The notes beneath the pieces are model-generated. The model saw only the letters and a program-made list of their open reading frames with translations, made no database searches and had not been told where the DNA came from. 64,000 bases of DNA from NCBI GenBank assembly GCA_965198225.1, contig CBDAOY010000006.1:544001-608000 (forward strand), read 5' to 3'. Each line of letters opens with the position of its first letter. The first letter of the stretch is position 1. Below are positions 9,121 through 18,733 of this stretch, piece after piece. The translations under genes and the position numbers were made by a program. Origin of the DNA: Terriglobia bacterium (GTDB lineage: Bacteria; Acidobacteriota; Terriglobia; 20CM-2-55-15).

Positions 9121-10461
9121 ATGAATAGGGGACCGGCGATTCGAAAAGCATCTGCGACACTTGCGATTGTCGGCTGGATCGTCACACTCGCCGCAGCAAC
9201 CGGATACGGACAGGCACTACACGTTCAGCCTTCTCTGGCTGATCTCGCGGCCACGACCGATTCCGACGGGATCATCCCACAGCCCTTCCTCGCACTCACC
9301 AACGCCAACGTCGTGGACGTCCGGGCCGGGAGCATTCTCGGCGACGTTACGCTCGTCCTGCGCGAAGGCAAGATCGAGTCGGTCGGCACGAGCGAGCCAC
9401 CGCCCGGGGCCGAAGTGGTAGACCTGAGGGGATTCTATGTCACTCCCGGCTTCTTCGACGGTCACTACCACGGGAACAGCGTCGAATCGGCGCGCCGCGC
9501 ACTGGCTTCCGGCGTTACCACGGCGCGAGGCGGGAGCGTCGTTGGATACAACGATGTGGCTCAACGGGAGATGGTCAAAGCCGGATACCTGGCCGGGCCC
9601 GATATTCTTGCCGCGGGCATCTACTTGAGCCCGGATCTCGGCCGCAGCGACAAAGTTCTGGCCGATCCCCGGCTCTACAAGTTCGTCAACCGGCCGCTCC
9701 GCGGGGAGGCTGCTGTTCGTGAGGTCGTGCGCATCAACGCGGACCGGGGGGTCGACTGGCTCAAAGGCGGATCCGGAGGGCTGTCATCGGACATGATCGG
9801 GCCCGATCCGCTCCTCCAGATTTTCACCGATGCGGAGCTTTCCGCCATCGTCGACGAAGGTTCCAGGTTCGATCTGTCCTTCGCGTGCCACGCCCATGGC
9901 GTCGAGGTGATCGCGGCGGCCATCCGGGCCGGATGCGCCAGTATCGAGCATGGCTCCTACATGAACGAGGAGAACCTTCAGATGATGCTCGACAACGGGA
10001 CCCTATGGGTTCCGACCTACATCTCGGTCACCGGCTTCGAGTTGCCTCACGACGATTACAACACCCCCATCGCGCGCCAGAGGGCTCCACACCTGCTCGA
10101 GAACATGCAGCGGATGATTCGGAGGGGGCACGAGATGGGAGTGACCATACTGACCTCGGTCGACACGAGCTATGGTCCCGACAGCATCTACAGGGTTTCG
10201 GGCGAGATCAATGCCTTTATCGAATTCGGAATGAGTCCGATGGACGCCCTCCGCGCCGCGACCGTGCGTTCGGCAGAGGCCTATGGGCTCGAGGCGCAAA
10301 CCGGCGCGATCGAGTCGGGACTCGATGCCGACCTGATCGTGTTCGACAGGAATCCCCTCGATCAGCCGTCGGTACTCCACAACCCTCTCCTTGTGATGAG
10401 CAACGGTCGGATCGGAGTCAACCGTCAGGTAGGAATGCGGAAGGTCCTGCCGAACCACTGA
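9121..10461 (+). CDS. Exported metal-dependent amidohydrolase
   Basis: Signal peptide; PGFFDGHYH, CHAHG, SIEHG, GLDADLIV; AGGAGG RBS. Confidence 0.88.
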   Translation: MNRGPAIRKASATLAIVGWIVTLAAATGYGQALHVQPSLADLAATTDSDGIIPQPFLALTNANVVDVRAGSILGDVTLVLREGKIESVGTSEPPPGAEVVDLRGFYVTPGFFDGHYHGNSVESARRALASGVTTARGGSVVGYNDVAQREMVKAGYLAGPDILAAGIYLSPDLGRSDKVLADPRLYKFVNRPLRGEAAVREVVRINADRGVDWLKGGSGGLSSDMIGPDPLLQIFTDAELSAIVDEGSRFDLSFACHAHGVEVIAAAIRAGCASIEHGSYMNEENLQMMLDNGTLWVPTYISVTGFELPHDDYNTPIARQRAPHLLENMQRMIRRGHEMGVTILTSVDTSYGPDSIYRVSGEINAFIEFGMSPMDALRAATVRSAEAYGLEAQTGAIESGLDADLIVFDRNPLDQPSVLHNPLLVMSNGRIGVNRQVGMRKVLPNH

Positions 10462-10604
10462 AAGGAAAGCCCTAGCAAAACCTGTCTGTCGATCTGCGCC
10501 GATCATCCCGTTAGACTCGCGGGCCATATCGGGCGTCCAGCGACGGTACGTGGGGTTTAGCGGCCGATGCGCAGTACGCAGTTATGGAACAGTGTTGGAC
10601 GCCT

Positions 10605-10900
10605 CTACAAGTCAGGCCCGTTTCCGCGGCTAGAATGCCAGCACACAGCACCTCGATTCTGCTTGGTTGAACCTGGTAGTCCAGAAAGTAACGAATGCGG
10701 CTGAGGTGGACACGACGAACTCCTTTGAGTTGCGTGTTGGAAGCCGTTGATCCGAAGGAGGGCTGTTGCGCGATTAGATCCAAGCTCCGCTCCAGATCTT
10801 CACGGAAGGCGGTTGGGGCTTTCGGACGATTCGCCTGCGACCACCTCGCCGCATCCTGAATGTGTAAACTCGACCGGCGGGTAATCTTGATCGGCAACAT
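10605..10900 (-). pseudogene. RelE/ParE-family toxin, frameshifted near the C-terminus
   Basis: VRRVHLSRIRYFLDY...IEVL; the expected tail WHSSRGNGPDL* lies in a shifted frame (stop 10605-10607). Confidence 0.7.
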
Positions 10901-10908
10901 CGAGCCGA

Positions 10909-11119
10909 CTATTGAATTTCCTCAAGAAGATCTTCTGCGTCGAGCAACTCGCCGCGATCGGCCTCGGCTATTGCTTCGAGAAGTTCATTTTCTTCTTCGG
11001 GGGTCAATTTGAACGTTCGTTTCATCGCTTACGAGCACGGTGACCGTCGCACCTTCGTCAAGCTGGTCCCCCTCGACCACTATCTGACCGCCAACGACTT
11101 TGCCTTTGGTGATGCGCAA
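10909..11119 (-). pseudogene. Cognate antitoxin, frameshifted
   Basis: MRITKGKVVGGQIVVEGDQLDEGATVTVLVSDE, then in a shifted frame RTFKLTPEEENELLEAIAEADRGELLDAEDLLEEIQ*; directly upstream of the toxin. Confidence 0.65.
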
Positions 11120-11238
11120 GCTTGAATTGCAGCTCCGATTCCGCCCGAGGTCGAAGATCTGATCTATTTGTCCGCCGACGGGAAGTGACTCGACGGTCTC
11201 GGCCCACTGGGTTTGAAGAGGACGATGGTGCCGGTCTC

Positions 11239-12168
11239 TTAGTTGTAGAGTGCGGCCACCCCTGTCTCGAGCTCATGGAGTCCGGAAACCTCCTCGTCGC
11301 TCAAGTCACGGCTGAAGATGGCAAGATCGTCGTAGAGTCCAGTGTAGTTGACGCCCAGACGGATAGCCGCCTTATCGAGGTCCCAGGTGAAGGGCTCTGT
11401 TATGCCCCCGCTCGTGCCCTTTAATTCGCCATCCAGGAAGAGTCTGGCGCTACCGCCGTCCGGCGAGTTCAACCCAGAGTAGGTGATGACCACGTGGGTC
11501 CACTGCCCGGTGCCGAAGGGCAAGTCGTCGACCACGACGAGACGTTCCTCGAACCCGGGGTTTTCGGCCGGCGGCAGGTTGTCGGCGTTCCAGACCTCCA
11601 GGTCACCGAACACACCCAACCGGAACTGGCGGGGATTCTCACTGGTGAAGTCGACCCACACTGCCGCGTCGTTGTACGCCACATCGGTGATCTGAACCGG
11701 ATCGCAGAACCCTGGTTCGAGGTCTACGGCGGGATCGAGGCTGAGCCAGAACGAAACGGACCCCGACATACTCATCGCGGAGTACGGGACATTGTCCTTC
11801 GCTTCGTAAAAGAGTGCCTGTGTGTTGCGGCTGCCGAACCGCAGGGCGTTTCCGAACCGGCCCGCGTCTGCCGCTATCGCGACATCAGGCACGTGGATGC
11901 CCGGCGTCGCCTCGTCGGTCTCGTCGTAGGACGGAGCAGAGTAGATGCTACGGGCCCCGGCCCCGAAATCCGCGTCGGGACCCTCGTCGAACGAGGCGTG
12001 GAAGCTCAGGGCTTCGGCCAGGGGAGCGCCTGCGTCGGGCTCCTCGACCATGGGCTGCGGCTCCTCTTCACTCGAGGCGCAACCAGCTCCGGTAAGGCTT
12101 ACCAGGATCAACGCAACGAAGGAAAGCAGACCAAAGTGCAAACGAAGGTTTAAAGGAGTTGATTTCAT
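11239..12168 (-). CDS. LamG/concanavalin A-like jelly-roll lipoprotein
   Basis: Lipobox-like GAGC; GRFGNAL, QWTHVVITY, LFLDGEL, DDLAIFSRDLS. Confidence 0.8.
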   Translation of the reverse strand: MKSTPLNLRLHFGLLSFVALILVSLTGAGCASSEEEPQPMVEEPDAGAPLAEALSFHASFDEGPDADFGAGARSIYSAPSYDETDEATPGIHVPDVAIAADAGRFGNALRFGSRNTQALFYEAKDNVPYSAMSMSGSVSFWLSLDPAVDLEPGFCDPVQITDVAYNDAAVWVDFTSENPRQFRLGVFGDLEVWNADNLPPAENPGFEERLVVVDDLPFGTGQWTHVVITYSGLNSPDGGSARLFLDGELKGTSGGITEPFTWDLDKAAIRLGVNYTGLYDDLAIFSRDLSDEEVSGLHELETGVAALYN

Positions 12169-12222
12169 AGTCCCCGACTCTATCTCGAACTACCGGCCGT
12201 TACAAGCGACGCGCCGACAGGG

Positions 12223-14085
12223 TCAACGGGGACTCAGTCTCTTCCCAGTTCGATACTTGATGGCTTCGGCCAGGAGAACATATTTGATGAGCACGATGCG
12301 GCCGCCCAACTCGGTGGCGGAGTTCACGTCCACCTCCAGCTTCGTGCTGAAAGATCCCCTAAAGGATTCCACTACTTCGTAGATCGCCCGCGCCTCGAGG
12401 ATCACGATCGCATCCGCGCCCGACTCGATCGCATCTGGAAGAATCACGTCCGCTAGTATTTCCCGCTGCACTTCGGGCGGCATCGGACCCGTGTCGTCTT
12501 CGAATCCGAGCGGAGCGGCCATGACTGCGTCGCCAACGTACTGAATGGATCGGATCTTCGTGTAAGGACGGTCGGGCCGCCGGTCGAGCACTTCCGGCAA
12601 ACGGTCTGGCTGTCCAGCGAGCAGCTTTTCGATCGTCGGACCGTTCAAGTTCGGCGACAGGGCGTTACATTCCGCCACTATCCCGGGGAGCCTTTCTCGA
12701 ACCGCGTTCCAGCGTTCAACACCGCTGATCGCATCGTCGACGATCTTCGTGTCCGCCCCAACATCCATGAGGTCGCACACCAACTGGGATCGGCCGGCGG
12801 AGCTGGCCCACATCAGCGGATACTCCCCGTCCCGGCTCCGCGCGTTCGGATCCGCTCCTGCCCTGAGCAAACCCCGGGCTGCCACAGCATTTCCTTCGCG
12901 CACGGCCAGCATCAGCGGAGACCAACCGTCGGTGTCGCTGGCGTCCACGTATGCCCCCTCATCCAGGAGGCGCTCGATGTCCTGGATCGATCCGATCCGA
13001 GCCGCCGTTCTGAGGCTTTCGCCGAAGTCGACAGGTTCGTCGTCGCGCGCGTAATACCCGGTTCGCGAATTCGCACTGTAGGCAGCGTCGGCAGGGTCGA
13101 TTCGAACCCGGCGAAAACCGCCGTCTCGTGCCGTGTTGGTCGGCACGTAGGACAACACGTACTGAGACCTCAGTGTTTCCTGGATCTCGCGAAAAGTCGA
13201 AGACACGTCCCGGCGCCGCTCTGGGAAGAAAACGGCTCCGCCAGTTTCATCCGCGAGCTGTCGGAGAACGATGTTCCCCTGTGCCTGGCGGAGGAGGGTG
13301 GGATCCGTGACCCGGATTGCTTCAGTGTACTCCTGCCGCCGTCGGCGCGCCCGAACGGAGTTTGTGCTGACGGCGTACACGGAGACGTCGTTCTTCTGTG
13401 CCGCGTCGATCGCCTGCTTCAGGGTGAACTCGCTGGAATTATCGACGCCGTCGGTGATGACGATCAGGATCCGCCGCCCCGCCTGACCGACGAGACTCCG
13501 AATGACGGTCAGGTAGATGCCGTCGAACAGCTCCGTACCGCCGCCGGCCTTCACCTTCGTCACTGCACCCGCGAGAAGGTCGGGATCGTCAGTGAAATCC
13601 TGCATGAGATCGACATTGGAATCGAAGGTGATGACCGATGCGGAGTCGCGGTCCGGCAGGAGCGTCTCGGAAAAGAAGTCCAGCGCCGCCTGCTGCTCGA
13701 AGCGCAGTTTGTTCAGGATGCTCCCGCTGGCGTCGATCAACAGTGCGATCCGAAGTGGGAGGTTGGTCTCAGTGTGAAAGTTTCGAATCTCTTGCCCGAC
13801 GTCATCTTCATACACTGTGAAATCGTCACGCTCCAGGTCGGTAATGAAACGGCCCTTCTCATCCGTGACGGTGAAGACGATATTGACGAGATCGACGTCG
13901 ACGCGCAGGGTTTGACTGTCGAGTGTCTGCGGACTCTGCTGTGCGGCGATGGCGGGCGCCGCCACGGTCAGGGCCGCACACAGCAGTCCGACGCGTAGTG
14001 CGCGAATCGCACAGAAAGGTCCTGGACGTCTTCCTGCCTTGAGAGCCATAGGCTGCGAATCCTGTCCCTCAGCGTACTTCGCCAT
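12223..14085 (-). CDS. Acidobacteria-type VWA protein fused to ankyrin repeats and a C-terminal domain
   Basis: LRVDVDLVNIVFTVTD, MIDAS DASGS, ITDGVD, LRSQYVLSY; ankyrin GWSPLMLA and GEYPLMWA; the true start may be downstream. Confidence 0.85.
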   Translation of the reverse strand: MAKYAEGQDSQPMALKAGRRPGPFCAIRALRVGLLCAALTVAAPAIAAQQSPQTLDSQTLRVDVDLVNIVFTVTDEKGRFITDLERDDFTVYEDDVGQEIRNFHTETNLPLRIALLIDASGSILNKLRFEQQAALDFFSETLLPDRDSASVITFDSNVDLMQDFTDDPDLLAGAVTKVKAGGGTELFDGIYLTVIRSLVGQAGRRILIVITDGVDNSSEFTLKQAIDAAQKNDVSVYAVSTNSVRARRRRQEYTEAIRVTDPTLLRQAQGNIVLRQLADETGGAVFFPERRRDVSSTFREIQETLRSQYVLSYVPTNTARDGGFRRVRIDPADAAYSANSRTGYYARDDEPVDFGESLRTAARIGSIQDIERLLDEGAYVDASDTDGWSPLMLAVREGNAVAARGLLRAGADPNARSRDGEYPLMWASSAGRSQLVCDLMDVGADTKIVDDAISGVERWNAVRERLPGIVAECNALSPNLNGPTIEKLLAGQPDRLPEVLDRRPDRPYTKIRSIQYVGDAVMAAPLGFEDDTGPMPPEVQREILADVILPDAIESGADAIVILEARAIYEVVESFRGSFSTKLEVDVNSATELGGRIVLIKYVLLAEAIKYRTGKRLSPR

Positions 14086-14242
14086 GTCTCGTGAAACTTA
14101 CTGAAAGTTTACGCAAGTCAGGGAGTCGGAAGCAATCAAACTGTCAATTGGCCATAGTGCCTCAAGCGGTCTGCCGGCATCGGTGGCCAGAACATCTCCA
14201 GGGAGGTCTCGGTCCCGAAGACAAGCGGCACTCTAAGATCGC

Positions 14243-14512
14243 GTGTAGGTGCGCTCTATGAAGCTGTGAACGAATTATGGGAACGGAAAATCGGGTGGCG
14301 GGGCTTTTCACGTGTAGGTGCGGTCTATGACCGCACAACTTGTGGTTCCGCGGGCATTTGTGCGCTCATAGAGCGCACCTACACTTGAGGATCGCAGGTT
14401 CTTCGTGAAAAACCCCGCCACTCGATTCTCAAACAAATGGCATTCGTTCCCAGCTTGTTTGAGCGCACGTGTTTCGGTTCGAAGAGTGTGCGGTCATAGA
14501 CCGCACCTACAC
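14243..14512. repeat. Nested GTAG-type REP cluster with internal inverted-repeat element
   Basis: REP units GTAGGTGCG(C/G)TCTATGA(G/C)CGCAC at 14312-14336, inverted at 14360-14384 and 14488-14512, plus a split unit at 14243-14260/14460-14468. Confidence 0.85.
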
Positions 14513-14564
14513 CTCCGTTTTGGACGCGGAGCTACTGTTCGACCGAATTGATCGACCTTCAGCG

Positions 14565-16166
14565 TCACGGCAGCGCGAACGTGAACAGCGTCGTGCCGGA
14601 GGGGATCAACAGATACTGCTTGCCGTCGAGCATATAGGTCGTCGGCGCGGCATAGATCGATGAACCCGTCTGGAAGTGCCAGAGGTTTTCGCCGGTCCTC
14701 GCATCGAACGCCATGATGTTGCCTTCCATGTCTCCCGCAAAAACGAGTCCCGCCGCGGTCGACATCGTCCCTCCCATCGGCGGGGTGGGGTACCGGAATT
14801 CCCACTCGATGTCGCCGCTGAGCGGATCGATGGCCCGTAGCGCACCGTACCCGTCCTGCTCGCGTTGGGCCGCGCCCCCGAAGTAGATTTCACCTTCGAC
14901 GAAATCTTCCGGCCAGGCGTAGTAGGTGGCGCACACCTCCCGGGCTGTGACGTAAAAGAGTCCCGCGTCGGGATTGAAGGACGGGGACATCCAGTTCGTG
15001 CCGCCCATGATATCGGGACAGGTGAACGCTCCCTCCGCGTTGGGGACATTGTCGGGCAAGAGAATCGGTCTTCCGTCGGGCCCGACCTCCTTGGCCCATG
15101 TCGTGCGGACGAATGGTTTGGCGACGATCACCTCCCCGTTGGTCCGGTCGAGCGTGTAGTAGAAACCGTTGCGGTTTGCGAACATCAACAGTTTCCGTTC
15201 CCTGCCGTCCACCTCCATGTCGGCGAGGACCGGGACCTGGGTGGAATCCCAGTCGTGCGTGTCGTGCGGAGTAAACTGGTAGTGCCAGCGCAGCTCACCC
15301 GAATCGGCATCGAGAGCGACCACGGAATCGGTGTAGAGGTTGTCCCCTTCCCGATCCGCGCCGTAGAGATCGGGCCCTGGATTGCCGGTGCCCCAGTAAA
15401 CCAGGTTGAGTTCCGGATCGTAGGTCCCGGTGACCCAGGTCGAACCGCCGCCGCGCTCCCACGAATCTCCCTCCCAGGTCTCGCCGCCGGGGGCGCCCGG
15501 TTCCGGGACAGCCCAGAAGCGCCAGGCGCGTCTGCCGGTCTCGGCATCAAAGGCATCCAGGAAGCCACGGACGCCGTACTCCGCTCCGGCGATGCCGACA
15601 ATGACCTTGTCCTTGACGACGAGCGGAGCGACCGTCGAGGTATAGCCACGTTCGTGGTTGTCGATAATCGAATCCCAGACGATGTTGCCGGTCTTCATGT
15701 CGAGCGCGAGGAGGTGCGAATCCAGCGTCGACATGAACAGCTTGTCACCCAGAACAGCGAACCCTCGGTTGACGGCGCCGCAGCAGATGTTCAAGCCCTC
15801 CGGCAGCTCCCTGCTGTAACTCCATATCCGCCTGCCCGTTCGGGCGTCCAGGGCAAACGCATGGTTGTCCTGAGCCGTGATGTACATGACTTCGTCGATG
15901 ACGACCGGCGTGGCCTCGAATTTCCCCAGCACCCCGGTCTGGAACGCCCACTGCACCCGGAGCTGATCGACGTTGGCCGGCGTGATCTCGGTCAGTGGGC
16001 TGTGCCTCTGACCAGTGTAGTCGCCGGTATAGGTCAGCCAGCGATTCGGGTTCTTCAAGCCGTCCAGGAGCTCGTTTGAGGTGATCTCCTGTGCGGGAGA
16101 TTTCGGGCCTCCGATGAGCTGGAGGGTCAGGACGAGAATGATCGGGATGAATCTTGCCTGTGTCAT
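14565..16166 (-). CDS. PQQ-dependent dehydrogenase, methanol/ethanol family
   Basis: Signal peptide; QRHSPL, vicinal CCGAVNRG, GAEYGVRG, WGTGNPGP, PHDTHDWD; Trp-docking repeats. Confidence 0.92.
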   Translation of the reverse strand: MTQARFIPIILVLTLQLIGGPKSPAQEITSNELLDGLKNPNRWLTYTGDYTGQRHSPLTEITPANVDQLRVQWAFQTGVLGKFEATPVVIDEVMYITAQDNHAFALDARTGRRIWSYSRELPEGLNICCGAVNRGFAVLGDKLFMSTLDSHLLALDMKTGNIVWDSIIDNHERGYTSTVAPLVVKDKVIVGIAGAEYGVRGFLDAFDAETGRRAWRFWAVPEPGAPGGETWEGDSWERGGGSTWVTGTYDPELNLVYWGTGNPGPDLYGADREGDNLYTDSVVALDADSGELRWHYQFTPHDTHDWDSTQVPVLADMEVDGRERKLLMFANRNGFYYTLDRTNGEVIVAKPFVRTTWAKEVGPDGRPILLPDNVPNAEGAFTCPDIMGGTNWMSPSFNPDAGLFYVTAREVCATYYAWPEDFVEGEIYFGGAAQREQDGYGALRAIDPLSGDIEWEFRYPTPPMGGTMSTAAGLVFAGDMEGNIMAFDARTGENLWHFQTGSSIYAAPTTYMLDGKQYLLIPSGTTLFTFALP

Positions 16167-17002
16167 GGTGTCCTCCGCTCCGAGAGTGCCGACTCCGCCA
16201 CGCTACGAAGGTACCGGATCAGATCGTCCACCTCCGTATCGGACAACCTGTCGGGACCGTAGCTGGGCATGATGGACTGCCCTCCGTCGATGACTTCCCG
16301 AAGGTCCTCTTTCATGAAGGTCCGTAGACGTTCTCCGGTATCCATCATCTGGATCGAGAAGGCGTCGTGATTCTTGCGGATGCCACGGATGCGGTTCCCG
16401 TTCTCTGTGACCAATGTCACGGGATCGAATCCGCGCGGGATGTACTCACTGGCGGTCCGTATTTCGCGGATGAAAGCATCACGGGACCGCGCCGTCCCGA
16501 CTCGAGAAAGATCCGGGCCCAGTCGTCCTCCCTTGCCGTTGAGCATGTGACATCGTGAGCAATTGGCCGAGCCCCAGAAAAGCTTCTCGCCGTTCTCAGC
16601 GTTGCCCCGATCCTGGTCCGCTTCGGCGGAGCCGCGGAGGGTGCGCAAGTAGGCGATGACCGTCCAGAGCTCATCATCGGGCATCCGGGTCGGTCGCATT
16701 TCGGTTCCCGGGACACCCCGCCGGATGACCCGGAACATCTGCACGTCACTGTCTCCGTGGCGCGATTGCCCGCTGGTCAAATCGGGTGCGCGATAGCCCG
16801 TCGCATCCATACCGTGACAGAGCGCGCATCGGGCGCGATACCGGCTCATGCCCAGTCCGATTGCGTCGGGATCTCCTTCGAACGGATTGCCTTCGATCTG
16901 CTCGGCCTCCGGCGCCTGTCCGGCGGCGGGAACGGGAAGGAAGACGCAAAGTACAATGATCAGAGCCAGGGGAATCATTTGAGGCCGTTTGCCTTGAGGC
17001 AT
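16163..17002 (-). CDS. Di-heme c-type cytochrome, partner of the PQQ dehydrogenase
   Basis: Signal peptide; CALCH and CSRCH; 4-bp overlap with the dehydrogenase start. Confidence 0.88.
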   Translation of the reverse strand: MPQGKRPQMIPLALIIVLCVFLPVPAAGQAPEAEQIEGNPFEGDPDAIGLGMSRYRARCALCHGMDATGYRAPDLTSGQSRHGDSDVQMFRVIRRGVPGTEMRPTRMPDDELWTVIAYLRTLRGSAEADQDRGNAENGEKLFWGSANCSRCHMLNGKGGRLGPDLSRVGTARSRDAFIREIRTASEYIPRGFDPVTLVTENGNRIRGIRKNHDAFSIQMMDTGERLRTFMKEDLREVIDGGQSIMPSYGPDRLSDTEVDDLIRYLRSVAESALSERRTP

Positions 17003-17163
17003 GGCTCCTCCGTGGTCGAGTTGTTGTGGGTCAGGAAAACAGCGAGATTATAGCCCACTACCATCTAGCGGGCCAACGGCAAGACATCCCGTTTTCACGA
17101 GGCGGCGTACCGACGAACTCGATGGTGTGATTTGAGACCTGAACGTAGTCAGAGGAATCGAAA

Positions 17164-17348
17164 TTGGGAGTGGATTGGGTTCAGCGCTTCTACACGAAGC
17201 AGAATGAGTGGGCGGGCGTCTATGACGCCGATATCGGCGAGTCGCATCGCAGAAATGCTGCCACCATTCAGCGACTCTGCAGGGTAAACTCGGCGACTGT
17301 TCTGGAATTGGGAGCCGGGGGTGGGCAGAACGCGGCTGCAACTGCCAC
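17164..17348 (+). pseudogene. Truncated class I SAM-dependent methyltransferase
   Basis: TVLELGAGGG motif I, after which similarity is lost. Confidence 0.6.
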
Positions 17349-17464
17349 GACCAAAGCGTACTTGCGCTTGGGGCACGAGTTGTTGGGTAGCCTCCGTGGG
17401 ATTACCCGGCATCTGGACTCCTTCTGTCAAGTGGCGTAACTCTCCTGTCTTCTTTTTCCGAAGA

Positions 17465-17650
17465 TCGTCGTCGCCGGACATTTGGAAACCTTCCTGGCTC
17501 GACAACGTGAACGCGATCGCAACGGTCACGGTTTTGTGGAGCGCGAGTTCCGCGAGTTCTCAGACTGTGGCGTTTTTGGGTCGGGGCTTCATTCACGTGC
17601 ATTGCGATGCAAGCGGACTGACCGTGTGGTCCCTTTTCGTGCAAGAAGGC
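17465..17650 (+). pseudogene. Second, degenerate IS91-family transposase N-terminal remnant
   Basis: VVAGHLETFLARQRERDR...FVEREFRE..DCG..GRGFIHVHC across frameshifts; paralogous to 540-730. Confidence 0.75.
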
Positions 17651-17726
17651 TATAGAGTATATTCGCCTAGTTTGAACAATCCAGTTTTGCTATCGAGCTG
17701 CGGTCAAGCTCGCGGCCCTGCGGGGC

Positions 17727-17850
17727 TTGTGTACAAAAGTACTTATTAAGTTGATGGACTCATAAGTAAACTTCGATAAGGCAAATCTATGCGCTCACTT
17801 GCGTCAATTGTGTACAAAAGCCAGTAAACTTCGATAAGGCAAATCTATGC
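17727..17850 (+). repeat. AT-rich interleaved direct repeats
   Basis: ttgtgtacaaaag at 17727 and 17808; agtaaacttcgataaggcaaatctatgc (28 bp) at 17765 and 17823. Confidence 0.9.
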
Positions 17851-17977
17851 TAGCCAGTAGCCGGGCCCAAACAGATAACCAACATCGACGACAGTCGACA
17901 CGTATTCCACATGTTTTGCCGTCCCTCAGTGGTCACTTCAAAACCGGCCAACGGGGATGGCCCGGGACGGTGTTGTT

Positions 17978-18733
17978 CTACCTCTTTGGGACTGGACTCG
18001 GCAAGCCCGTTTTAGTCCTCCAACTCCGAGGGCCGCATTTGAGGATGTGGCCGTGATGGAGCAGCCGGTCCAGCATGGCTGTGACGGCGGCGCTATCACC
18101 CAGTAGTTTTCCCCAGTCTTGGACGGGTCGATTCGATGTCAGTAACGTACTGGTCCGTTCATAGCGTCGCATCACGATCTCGAGGAGTTCCTCTGCTGCA
18201 GTGGGAGGAAGCTTCCGCATCCCCAGATCGTCGATGATCAGCAGCGGGACCGTCGCCAAAGCTTCCATGCACTCCTTTCGGGTACCGTCAATGGTGGCTT
18301 CGGCGATGTCGTCGAGAAGCGCATGAGTTTCACGGTAGACGACCCGATAGCCCTGCTCAATGGCAGCCAAGCCGATGGCCTGAGCCAGATGACTCTTGCC
18401 GGTGCCAGGAGGACCGAGAAACAAGGCATCGTCGTGCCTGGAGATGAAGGCGCCCGTCGCCAGGTCGAAGACCAGACTACGATTCATCTTCTTGTTGAAA
18501 GTAAAGTCGAAGGAGTCGAGCGTCTTCTGGGGATCGCGGAACCGGGCCTGTTTCCGACGCCGTTCCAACAACCGGATGCTGCGACGGTCCAGTTCATCCG
18601 AGACCAGACGAGAGACCAAGTCGATCGGCGCCATGGCTTCGGTCTGGGCCTGGTGGAGGCGTGTTTCCAACACCTCGGCAATGCCGCCGAGCCGGAGTTG
18701 TCGGAGAGCCCGCTGGAGTTCGATCAGATTCAT
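17978..18733 (-). CDS. istB: IS21 helper AAA+ ATPase IstB
   Basis: GPPGTGKS Walker A, LLIIDDLG Walker B, LTSN, LDRLLHH. Confidence 0.95.
   Translation of the reverse strand: MNLIELQRALRQLRLGGIAEVLETRLHQAQTEAMAPIDLVSRLVSDELDRRSIRLLERRRKQARFRDPQKTLDSFDFTFNKKMNRSLVFDLATGAFISRHDDALFLGPPGTGKSHLAQAIGLAAIEQGYRVVYRETHALLDDIAEATIDGTRKECMEALATVPLLIIDDLGMRKLPPTAAEELLEIVMRRYERTSTLLTSNRPVQDWGKLLGDSAAVTAMLDRLLHHGHILKCGPRSWRTKTGLPSPVPKR

Noticed and set aside
14243-14512. Palindromic ~25-bp repeats as CRISPR repeats
   Set aside because: Units alternate in orientation, have GTAG feet and irregular spacing, which fits REPs
17765-17850. dif/Xer site (AACTTCGATAA resembles a XerC arm)
   Set aside because: No TTATGTTAAAT-like XerD arm; better explained as a duplicated start region
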